From: Antedon mediterranea
Taxonomy: Eukaryota; Animalia; Echinodermata
Reading direction: 5' to 3'
NCBI RefSeq assembly: GCF_964355755.1
Contig: NC_092678.1
Span: 19,671,365-19,735,364 of the forward strand
DNA length: 64,000 nucleotides
Part shown: positions 43,017 through 54,206 of the stretch, piece after piece
How positions within the stretch are numbered: the first letter of the stretch is position 1
Layout of the letters: every line of letters starts with the position of its first letter
Notes under the pieces: model-generated
Databases searched by the model: none
The model's input: only the letters and a program-made list of their open reading frames with translations
Told to the model about the DNA's origin: nothing
Program-made: the position numbers and the translations under genes

Positions 43017-44289
43017 TATATAAGATTATACAAATGTATTGATTTGCGATGAATGGAACATCCCAATCTCTCAGTCTGCCAGAGTTTGGTTTAACACAAG
43101 TAGGTAAATTTATGAGCCCTTGGTTTAACACATACGGTAGGTAAATATATGGGCCCTTTGAGAATAAACTTCTTGCAATACTTTGACAATACTGTAAATA
43201 CACATTATTATATACAAATAAACTTTATACTGACAGTTCCTTCTCAACGTTTGTATTAATTAATAATTACCAAAAATATAAACGTCGTGACATGTACTTT
43301 AATATTTCAATCGATTATGACAGTGACAGTTTTAACAAAGTATTAAATCGCAAATGTTTTACTGTATTTAGAGGTATATTATATATAGGCTTATAAAACA
43401 TGAACAAAATATTTCGTTACTGAGTGGATAAAGAATATATTTAAAAATTGTTCCTCTTTGTACCTATCCGCTTTCCCATCCCTCAACCCTAATGTTACAT
43501 ACAAAACACAAATTGGGTTTCTTTAAATGAGTCCAAATCAAAAATTTGGACTCATTTTGTGATAAGTTTCTCCATCGGAAGTAATTCCCAGGGTGCTAAT
43601 TTTAGTTGACTACATAAATCATCGTGTCTATTTATTCGTTTCTGTAAACGACAATGTATTATAGTCCTGCGGTACGTACATTTGAAATCGCCAGTTTTGC
43701 TACGCTGAAATTACTGTATATTCGAGAACCATCTGTGGGCACGACCTACATGGTACGCGAGCGAAGCGAGCGTACCATCTAGTACATTTAATATACAGTT
43801 CTAATTTTGATTACCGTTTCAAAAACAAAAAAGTCGAATTAACTGTCTGAAAGTAGCTGAACACAATGAAGGCCTATCACATGCGTTTTGTTCAAACAGT
43901 AGAACACAATAATGTTGTATTGTATGTTGTTTATGTAAAGAAAATGTCGAATCAATCAATCAACACGATTTCATTATTTATTAAGGCATTTCTTTTTAAT
44001 ATAAATATCCTAAAACACAAGTCTACATAAAAGAAAAATAAATAAGATCAATTCGGTATTATATCATTGTCTGGCACACGCAATTCCTACAAATAATATT
44101 CTTATCATGACGGATTTTTTACATACCATATACAGTATCAAACACATGCAGAGCTCTGTCTACACTATCAAACTAGTTTGATGTGCCCAAATATGGTAGT
44201 GATGTGACGTCATCGTGTCCATATATGGGCGCAACACATTTGTTGTCACATGAAGGTAGTGTAGACATAGCTTAATGGCTAGACGTGTA

Positions 44290-44505
44290 CAACATAACGC
44301 GTTTATATCAGCAATGCGTTATAAACGTTTTCTCAACGCAGGCGTTTAAAACGCGTATGTAGCAATGCGTTTTAAACGTTTCTAAACGCAGGCATTTGAA
44401 ACACGTCTATAGCAATGCGTTTAAAACACGTCTATTGCAATGCGTTTAAAACACGTCTGTAGCAACGCGTTTTAAACGTTTTGTCAACGCAGGCGTTTTA
44501 AACGA
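44290..44505 (+). repeat. Degenerate tandem repeat (AGCAATGCGTTTTAAAC...)
   Basis: Repeated GCAATGCGTT(T)AAA(A)C(A)CG units. Confidence 0.75.
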
Positions 44506-46302
44506 GTTTCATGTTAATTTTTTCTTTATATTGATAAAAAAAAAAGTTTTTTCGAGCAAATACCTGATGCAAACAAGAAATATTATAATTTATTTATTGA
44601 CAATAGGATGAAAAATTTTGCACATACAAAATAAAAGAATTGTCACAAGTCATAACATTAAGTTAACCTGACAGGTGCGAGAAACTTTAGTTTTATGCAA
44701 ATGATTTTGATGATGCTATGACAACAAAATTACCAGCATACGCAAATTACAGAGGCAATATGCAAATTAAGCTGCATGCAAAATATTTTAACAAAGGGAT
44801 GAAGATTGCATTGTCAAGATACTGCAATGTAAAGCTCTGTTTACGCTATCAAACTAGTGATATGACGTCACCGTGTCCATATATGGGCACATCACATTTT
44901 TTTTGTCACAAAAAGTTTAATAGGGTAGACAGCGCTTAATGCATGCGAGACAATGGCATTGAAGATTCGATAATTATACATAAATATTTATTTTGTACAT
45001 TAAAGATAAACATCCCGTTTCAAATTTGAGTAGTTAATAAAACATGATATAGCGTCCTCTATCGAATGGTTGGTTGCTTAAATTAAATTTTAAAGCGCCC
45101 TCTGTTAGGCCATCACCGATATATTTTCTTCATTACAGAAAGTACACTGTGGTATTTTGACTTTCTTTTCTTTTAGTATTAATGTGTTTTTTTTTTAAAT
45201 AAAATTATAAACCATTCTTGTACTTCAAATAAAATGTTTTTAAAAGAAAAAAAGAATCATTATCAGCAAGTTTTAGTACAAACAATACAATGATTATATT
45301 GATTGAGGAATAAATTCAAAGACAGCATGTTTTTGGAATATTAACCTGGGTTTAAAAAAATACGACAACAAATTTAATTACATTAAAAATTGTTCATCAT
45401 GATGGAATTTACACTAATTTCTAAATACAATATTTACAGAGTATACGGATTTTTAAAAATCAGTAAAGGAAACTGGTAACAATTTCATGACAAAAATTGT
45501 ATAAATATTATAAATAGTACAATATTAATAATTATTCTCAGCAAATTCATATCATTAAATAATTATTTTAAGAATTGCTACAATAACTCAATTGAACTTT
45601 CATTAAATAGTAAAGTATTATAAATAAAGAGAAATAGCTAAGTTAATCTCTAACAATCCAAGATCTTACATAACATTTAAATAATATCATTTCTTCCGAA
45701 AGTACAGAGTACTATAAAATATGTACGATCCAATTAAAACACTCCATTTAAAATGTTAAATAGTGATGTGTCTCTTCCTTCCCTTCCAATAAACGGGTGA
45801 CTGCTCTCGCTCGCTCAGTGCTAGATAATAACAGTCACTTCTTATAATATTCACTCTCTCTCTCCCATTATCAAGTTGAGGGGGACATTTATTTTTGATG
45901 ACTGTACTGCATTTAGGGAAAATTAAAGCTTGCATTAAATAAATAAACCAAATATTTGTGTACACAATTAACTATAGTTATATCAATTAATTTTAATTAA
46001 TTTATTGCGTTTCTCTTTGGATGTCGCAGCGTTTAAATGAGAAATTTGTTTTCAACAGAAAATTTAGATTTATTTGTGAGCATGCACATAGGCTTGATAT
46101 GGTCCAGTGGTTTCATATTTTTATTCAAAGTTCACTAAATCATTTAAAAAAATATATTTTAAAAATGGCAATTTTTAACAGATAAACAAGTAAGTTATTT
46201 TGGTACCTTAAATTTGACTTTTTTTCTTCCTTTTTTTCAATTTCGGAGAAAATTTACATTTCAACTCTTGGAATGGTAAAAAAATAAATAAAATTACATA
46301 AA

Positions 46303-49300
46303 TTACATTACTTCATCTTTTGTGTTTTCTAATTCTTCACTTGGTTCCGCTTCACTGCACGTCATTTCAACATCACCATTTTCTTGAGTGTTTCCATTTG
46401 TTTCCTCCACTTCTTCAATTGGTTTCGGCATCACCTCAAGTTCTGGATGGTATTGTTTTAAACGGACATGCCACGCTACACTGATGCAAGCCGCCACAGT
46501 CTTGAACTGGTGTATAACGTTGCGGGGAATGAAGTATATGTCGTTGGCTCGTAAGCGTATTTTGGCATACCGAATACCCTCTCTTCTCATCTGGTTCAGT
46601 TTGGCATCCTCTACCCACTGAACGCACTGTAAATATAAAATTTTAAAATAACTAATTTTTAATTTAATAAAATATAATTTATATATTATAAATTTAATTA
46701 TCATTTGAGAGAACATAATAATAACTTTATTGACAAACACTTTTGGATCAGTGGCAACACACTCATTAGTGGTGCCGTCAACTTAAAGATGTATTGTCCC
46801 TTGAAACACAAAAAAATGAAGGTCAAAATATACTAAATTTTAATTGGCCATATCAAAGTAAAATTAAAGTTATTCACTTTAAGTCGAAAATTCAAGACAA
46901 AAACAACAATTTTACGTAATAGCTAAATTAATTTGATTACATTTCGTCTGGAAAACAAAGTAAACAAAGATTTCAAACCATGAGTATACATGCATGATGC
47001 TAATTAGGATTGTTTACAACTTGTCACGGTTGAGAAGGTGTTTTCACACAGATCGCGAGGAAGTTTTATGATTATGCATACAGAGCAGCCAAATATGCGC
47101 ATTGCATTATGAGATATGTTTTGATCGCAAACCTTGACTGGAAGTCAAAGTTATTTTTTGAACCAAAAAATTTCTGTATTTCAGTTAAATGATTTTTTTC
47201 CCAACTATTTTTTGGTGAAAGTTAATAACTATTATGATACTTCAAAATGACCCACTTTTTTTCGAAATCTTTTTACTTTTTTTTTTTTGGAATTTGACAA
47301 AGGGACAATACATCTTTAAACAACATACAAATGAACATTATAAACCAAACATGTATGAATGTACAATATAACCTATTAATATAAAATATCGAGATAAAAA
47401 TCAATATATTTATACAGCTAGTGTGACATTCCAGAATTTAATAAAAAATGTGATATATCATAAAAACATTTAAGAGACTAATTTTTTTCTGGCTGTTTTA
47501 ATTATTGTTCTGATTTAGCTTTTTGCTTATTTTTTTTTCTATCTCCATTGAGATTAAGCCACAGATACCCACAGCACTGATATTTTTCAGTAATTTGCCT
47601 TTGGATTTAATATAAATATAATATATAGACACATAAGAACCCATCTCTCGCACATGCTAGTCCAATATCCCTTACCATTACACCATACCAACACTTACCT
47701 GAGAGACAGGAGGTTCATGCAGATCAAGTTGCAGGGTTTCCGTGACATTTAAGAAGTCTGCAGAGTGAAAACAAACGACATCTTTCACATCAAGATCATC
47801 AACCGTATCCATGTCTTTACCATGGACTGCTTGCAGAACTCCAACGGCAGCTGTTGTCTGTCGGTCAAATCCTTGACCAATGTGGTCAGCGTGGCATCGC
47901 GTCCGGTCAGGAACGAGTAACTCTCTTGGTTCCGAAGCTCGGGGACGGTACATCAAATTTTTCAATTCATTTACACCAGTTCTAGTGTTCAGGAAATAAA
48001 TATTTGTGTTAAATTTTGATTTGAGGAATAAAAAAAAATATATGTAATAAATGTTGAATTATTGTAGGTTACTAATACTAGTCAATGCTAACTGAAAGTT
48101 TTTAACAATGCAAAAGCACATCTTAAAGGGCTATGGAAGAGGAGACCTGGTCACGAAGACAAAATACTGTACTGGATCAAGATTTGGGTTTAAAAGATGC
48201 ATTCAAATGCTATTATAGGTCCCCAGGTACTAAAAAAACATTATCTGATGTGATAATTAATCGGCATTTTTAAAAAATCAAAATTAATGTTTGGTTCCCA
48301 CTAGAGATGCAACAAAAGGACATGACACAACGTAAGTGATTTGACCGAATCACAGACAATGGATTATTCAAACATTCAACTGGCTTGCATTGTTTCTATA
48401 TTTTTGTGTTGCATCCTAGCAAGCGTTTTAACACCGTTATTTGTTTTATTTTTATTTTAATATAATTTCTCTTTACCTCCTTTTGGCTTTTGAGGGTGAC
48501 TTGGGCAAATCAGCTGTTGGTATCATTTGTTCTCCTGGACGAACCCATATGATTGGACCATCGTTACTATGACAGCGCTTTTCCATCTTCACTGAAGATA
48601 GTGGACCCCACGGCATGACACGGTGCAGAAATGAATTTTCCTCTAACATGTCTAAAATATCTTCGAAATAATCTCCCGTTTCCTCGTTGACTGTTCCTAC
48701 GAGGCTCATCTGCAGCATGGGTCCAGATTTATACGTACCATTACAGTACGAACGGTGAACATCGTTACGGAAATCATTGACAGTTTTTGTTATCAAATCG
48801 TGTTTAGTACCCAACAGTTCGGTTTTGATGACCGTAGATGGGTGTCTGCAGGCTAAATAGTCAATAAGATTTGGAATGTTGTTGACAGCGTCATGAACGA
48901 TACCCATCACATGATCACAAATGCCATCGGACGATTCACCATACACAATTTTAAAATACTCTTCAACAAATTTATCCAACTCCTCTCCTTTTAAATGCTG
49001 GATCTCTTTACCGTACACATGTACGACACTAGCGCCCCCATTTGATTGTTTTTCGATGTGGATATATTTGCTAAATGGTGAGTTTGCCTCTTCGTGGCTG
49101 TCCAATATCATTTTAATGTTGTCTGTGGTCGTTTTATCCGAGACCTCCATCTTCATTGGTTTCTGAACAGTGACTACTGGAGAAGAAGGCGATATACTGG
49201 TTTTAACAGTATCCTGAGATGTACATGTTGTAGCATCGACCATGACTGGCCTATGTCTGTGATGATGGTGGTGATGATGCTTGTGTTTCTTAGCTCTTCT

Positions 49301-51051
49301 CATCATCGTTAAACATTCTTTCTTAATGTGCAACTTAAGTTCTGGTGACCCATCCTTTTTCACGATCCTTGAAGTGGCATACTTTACAAGTGGCCATGAA
49401 TCACCTGTTTAGTAAGCAGAAAAATATATAATGAAAACAAATATTAATAAAATATAATATTAATTTATTGTACAACTGTGCATTTATATTATTATTATTA
49501 ATATTATGAAAATAAATTATTTATTATAGAGCAACATTGAACTACAAACAGGCCTAAAGGTAAAGCAAGCAAAGTGTAACTTCACTGTACTGACACTAGG
49601 CCTAGTAACAGGCCTAGCTAAATCTGACAGTACAGGGTTAGGGCGGTCCTACTACTAAACACCACCAGATACCAACTAGAGCAATAAATCCTACCACCAG
49701 AGAGCAGCCACCTGTTTGGAATTGATTATTAAGGGTATATTGCAAATTTCAAAGCTTAATTTTTTCAGAAACTGATAAAATTGAAGTTTAAAGTTGAATT
49801 TCTCGCGGTCGTATTCCAGAACCGAATGCGTTTGATAAACATAGCAACGAAACGAATGCATTCATCCGTGTCTCTTGTGTATTGTATTGAACGGTCAACT
49901 ATGAGGCAGGATTTATTGCTCTAGTAGGTATCTGGTGGTATCTGGTGGTGTTTAGTAGGACCCGCCCGGGTTAGGTTGTTACTGTACAGACAGTAGAGTG
50001 TAAATGTTAATGTATGATACAAATTCAGACACAATTAAATATACAGTTACTGTAGGCCTAATTAATAGTATAATCATAATCAAAGATAAACCAAAGATAA
50101 TAAATTAAAAAATGTCTAGGATACACTAAAAACTACTGGCCGAGCGGTTAAGACAGTGGAACCGTAATTACGTAGCCATAACATCGGCAAGGGTTCGAGG
50201 CTCACTCACTCCATGGTTCTGGTGGTAGAACGAGTCTTCTCGGATAAGGACTATAAACCGTAGGTCCAGTGTACACATCTAGCTGGTGTGCACTTTAAAG
50301 AACCTAGTACATCTTTCGAGACGAGTAGGGGGTTACCCCGGTGTATTAGTACATTACAGCCACTGATCACCAACTGGGCCCTCTGGGAGACCAGTCTTTG
50401 ACTGAAGAGGTTACTCAGTATAAATATATATTCAATCAATCAATCACAATAGTCGTAGCTAGGCCTAGTAGCCTAGTAGTCTTACTTACCATTATGAACC
50501 TGCTTAGGCTGATCTTGTTGCTGTAGCACCTGCGTCCCTGTTGATGGTGGTGAGCTTTCATTTCGTAGGCTAACAGCAGCAGGAGCTGCAGCTGTCGCTG
50601 GTGGTGGTGTTTGATTTTGTAATTGCTCTTCACTTCGACGTGCTGGCGATTGCCTTCTTATTTTTGCAGCAGATGGAGGAGGAGAGATATCGGACTCGCT
50701 TGTACTTGAATACCGTTGTTTATAATCGGTATACATATCCTCCGTGTAGCCCGAGCTCGATAACCTTCGATAGTTATGCTGTACCCGCCTTCTCTTGCCT
50801 GTCTCCATCACCATCGCAGGCCCCAATTTGCTAGGCGAAACGGTGGTGGGAGTAGGCGGGCTAGCTTCATAAACAACCAGCGTATCTGATTGTCGAGTGT
50901 CTCCATTAATTTTAAATCGACTACTTACGACAAGTGAATTATTTGGAGTGCTAACTTTGTCATCTTCGTCACACTTTGGACTTGATAAATCATTTTCAGA
51001 CATCATATCTTCGTTTACATCACGTTTTCTTTCTCGTTCAGACGCCATCAT
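46303..51051 (-). CDS. RSBN1: RSBN1/RSBN1L (KDM9, DPY-21-like) JmjC-like lysine demethylase, 4 exons, 698 aa
   Basis: Exons 51051-50490, 49404-48477, 47981-47699, 46626-46303 join in frame (2097 nt). Family motifs [82 protein letters not shown]; HxD...H metal-ligand pattern present. Confidence 0.94.
46787..47315. mobile_element. Non-autonomous Kolobok-like element (TTAA TSD) in RSBN1 intron 3
   Basis: TTAA|AGATGTATTGTCCCTT ... AAGGGACAATACATCT|TTAA. Confidence 0.82.
49641..49967. mobile_element. MITE with ~55 bp TIRs in RSBN1 intron 1, flanked by GGGTTA duplication
   Basis: GGGCGGTCCTACTACTAAACACCACCAGATACC..CTAGAGCAATAAATCCT mirrored at ~49907-49967; GGGTTA at 49635-49640 and 49968-49973. 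Confidence 0.8.
50137..50446 (+). mobile_element. tRNA-derived SINE with Deu/Nin-domain-like core, antisense in RSBN1 intron 1
   Basis: A box TGGCCGAGCGG, B box GGTTCGAGGC; core GGATAAGGACTATAAACCGTAGGTCC...TTAAAGAACC...GAGTAGGGGTTACCCCGGTG resembles the AmnSINE1/Deu domain as I recall it; (CAAT)n tail. Confidence 0.8.
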
Positions 51052-52215
51052 GGTTCATCGCTTACCCGGATGTCGTGTACCAGACGTTTTGCAGGATTTT
51101 TTATTAATTAATAAATAAGTGTTTTTCGTAACAATTGAGTTGGTAGCTATCAACGTTAAATGATAATAATGATTATAATTGTTACAAAATGAATATGCAT
51201 ACTACCCCTTTTTTCACATTACTGAAAAATACTGTAACTGACTGTAAAATTACGTTATGTCTGGCCACACAAGACTACGAATAATTATGCATTTTTCTAC
51301 ATACCGCCCTCAACAATTTATCCCGACGCAGATTTTTTAACTTCTTGTGACAAACAAAATTGTATACTCAAAAAACATAGTATTGAGAATCGATCTGAGA
51401 TGATGTATTTTTTTTGTATGGTCCAAAGTGTCCAATCCCGTCTATGCTGATTACGATGTGTACCATAAGTGTAATAATAATAATGTTATAGTCAATTACT
51501 ACATTACTTACTGTATAGCATATACACACGCTTAAAAAAAAGTATATCTGCTGAGTTTGATGAAACATGACTATGGCTATATCTATGTAGACATTTTAAA
51601 ATTATTTTCTCCCCGGCTTCGTGTCTTGTACTTCATATATATATATATATTTCTATGTTTTCGTAATTATTATTTTATGTTTATTGCCGAAATGAATACA
51701 ATTATTACGTCTTCCCAGAGTGTACCTACATTACTGTATAGCATATACACACGCTTAAAAAAAAGTATATCTGCTGATTTTGATGAAACATGACTATGGC
51801 TATATCTATGTAGACATTTTTAAATTATTTTCTATGTACAGTATAACAACATTACGGATAGATGCATCACAAAATAGGCTTAACATCGCAAAGTAAACTT
51901 CGTGTTGATTACACAGAAATAACAAACCAAATACTGTACTTCAAAATATATTGTTTAATGTTATCAAAAGAATACATTTTTATTTATTTTTTAAGCATTT
52001 TCATGTCACCTAGTTATTCAATATTATGCCTATATGACGTATTTATTGTGCACAAAAAAAAAACACGTTGTGCGTCGGCGCGGTAGAGTTTTTAGAATGT
52101 TACGCGCTGTTCTTATTCTGCTTGAATAGAGTGTATCTTTCTAAAAAATATATAATTATCTACGGCACGCCTCTATGCGTAACACAGTAACTATCATTAA
52201 TATGAACTAATAGAA
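51052..52215. promoter_or_regulatory. Putative bidirectional promoter / 5' UTR interval between RSBN1 and the HhH-CaaX gene
   Basis: Divergent start codons about 1.16 kb apart; contains a ~103 bp direct duplication (51508-51610 / 51731-51832). TSSs cannot be determined from sequence. Confidence 0.55.
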
Positions 52216-53964
52216 ATGTCTAAGAGTATTGACATAAATTATAGTACAGCTAGAGGTCTTTGTAAGATACCAGGCGTGGACCCAGTATTGGCGAAAAGAA
52301 TAATAACTTACCGACGGAAACTATGCGGTTTCGACAGCATAGATCAACTTATGCAAGTTAGTGGCCTAACACGTGGAAAATATAAAAAGATTGCAGATAA
52401 CGCGTTTGTTGGAAAAAAGCAAACTCCATCTAAACTACACAATTCTAGGCCTACGCCTAAGCAAAATTCGAAGAATAAAACAGTAGAATGGAATTTGGAA
52501 GACAATTTAATAATACCTATAAGGTCGACTCCCAGGCCCAACAGAAAATCTTCACGAAATAGTAGCAAGAAGGTTTCGATCACTCAACCGACAGATTCAA
52601 TGGTGCAGGATGTTGGAACTCAATACTATAAAAATGGTATGTAGGCCTATCTAGGCCTATGTCTAGGCCTAATGATTTTGCAAATGATGATGATGCAAAT
52701 TATATCTAGGAGCCTAGGGCCTAGGTAGCCCAGGCCTATGGTAGGCCAATTCATGTTTCCATTCCTTACAGTTATACTAAATAAAAAGACTTGTGTTACA
52801 TTGTTTACTGGTTGTCTGCAGGGGGAAGATGTTATACTAGGCCTAGAGTCCATAGTTTCGTGGAATGTTCCAAACCACTTTGAATGCTAAACGTCACTGA
52901 TAGGCATAGGCATATATGCCTAGGCCTATACCTATATTCTGGGCCTGAGACGTGACCAAGATATGAAATCATACTTTTTCATTTCAGGTACAAGAAAGTG
53001 TGCTACGGGAACAAAGAAACCCAACAAACAAACTGTTGCCAAACAACGTAGGCCTAATAGATTAGCTGATGAAACTTTACAGACACCTATCATGAACTTC
53101 TACATATCGCCAGGACAGTCAGGACATATATCTGGTCAACCGATGTCCGGTCAAACACAAACAGGACAACTATTGCCAGGAAATCTTCCGTCGGGACAAC
53201 AGTCAACTTTCTTAAATACATCGACTTTTCCTTATAGTCCTACACCTCTTCAATTTGGAAATAACCCAAAAGACTTCAAACATGTTTATAGTTTCGACAA
53301 AGAGGACTATTATACATTCCAGCCATCGTCGACATATGATACTGAAAATATAAAAGAGCATACAACTCCTAAAACGCCTCAAGCACAAACGGAGCAGCAA
53401 AGTCGTGAAGAAAGTTTTGACTTTTCAAACAATCTTATGTTCACAAAACCATTGACGTCATCAACTCCTAAAAAACGCCGAAAGAGACAAAATAAAAGGA
53501 GAAATCAAGATATCTCTGCAAATTCTAACGATTATTCAGAATACAAAGACGTACAAACAAATTCAGATAATAACCAAAACGTCAGTAACGATCTCCAAAT
53601 TATCAATGAGTCCGACAACAAAGCTCGCGGAATTTATAAGGAAAATTGTAACGCTATAAAACAGTGGTTGAGAGGCGTAGCACCATACGTGTTCAGTGAC
53701 TATGAAACAACAGCAACAACAGATAGCGAGGTTGACTTAAAACAACAAGAACAATCTGCAAATTCTACATCAAAAAGAGTTAAACACAGAAGAAAAACCC
53801 GTTCAAAATCAAAACCATCAGAACGCCATACTACGCAGTGCACATGCGCAAATGAGAGAAAGGAAAAACGGAACTTGAAGCAACATAAGGAAAAACGAAA
53901 CACCGAAGATGAAGATAATATTAAAAATCAATATGTTAATTCTTGGCCATGTGTTCTGATGTAA
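52216..53964 (+). CDS. Uncharacterised protein, 465 aa: N-terminal ComEA-like helix-hairpin-helix (HHH_3-type) domain, low-complexity basic tail, C-terminal CaaX (CVLM)
   Basis: Exons 52216-52636 (donor G|GTATGT) and 52988-53964 (acceptor TTTCAG|) join in phase 1 (1398 nt). N-terminus IDINYSTARGLCKIPGVDPVLAKRIITYRRKLCGFDSIDQLMQVSGL follows the tandem HhH consensus (ININTAS.EEL..LPGIG...A..II.YR...G.F.S.EDL..V.GI). AATAAA at 54007-54012. Confidence 0.85.
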
Positions 53965-54206
53965 GTGGTAAAGGCCAAACAATGTTCAATTCATTTTATT
54001 GCTATAAATAAAGTTAGATTAATCTAGTATTAATATAATTGTGTCAAACATTTCCGCATTTCATTTGTTTTTAGTCGATAGCGGTTAGCCCATTAGCGAG
54101 GGTATACGCAGTTAGCTTATTGGCATTTTCTTAGAAACGCTAGGACGCTAGTATTATGATGCGGAATTAAATTGTTGACATGCACATTATACATTACTAC
54201 GAAACT

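Noticed and set aside
40314-43203. Two ORFs sharing PKQSYWKSDLTSVTSDLNFYI on opposite strands
   Set aside because: They are the two inverted arms of the foldback element, not a duplicated gene or transposase.
50137-50215. tRNA gene
   Set aside because: A and B boxes are present but I cannot fold a complete cloverleaf, and it runs into a SINE core and tail.
52216-52420. Bacterial comEA contamination or a competence gene
   Set aside because: The gene has a GT-AG intron, a poly(A) signal and animal neighbours. Ancient transfer or a transposon origin of the domain cannot be excluded without a phylogeny.
52216-53964. EEPD1 ortholog
   Set aside because: No N-terminal myristoylation Gly, a single HhH pair, and no endonuclease/exonuclease/phosphatase domain.
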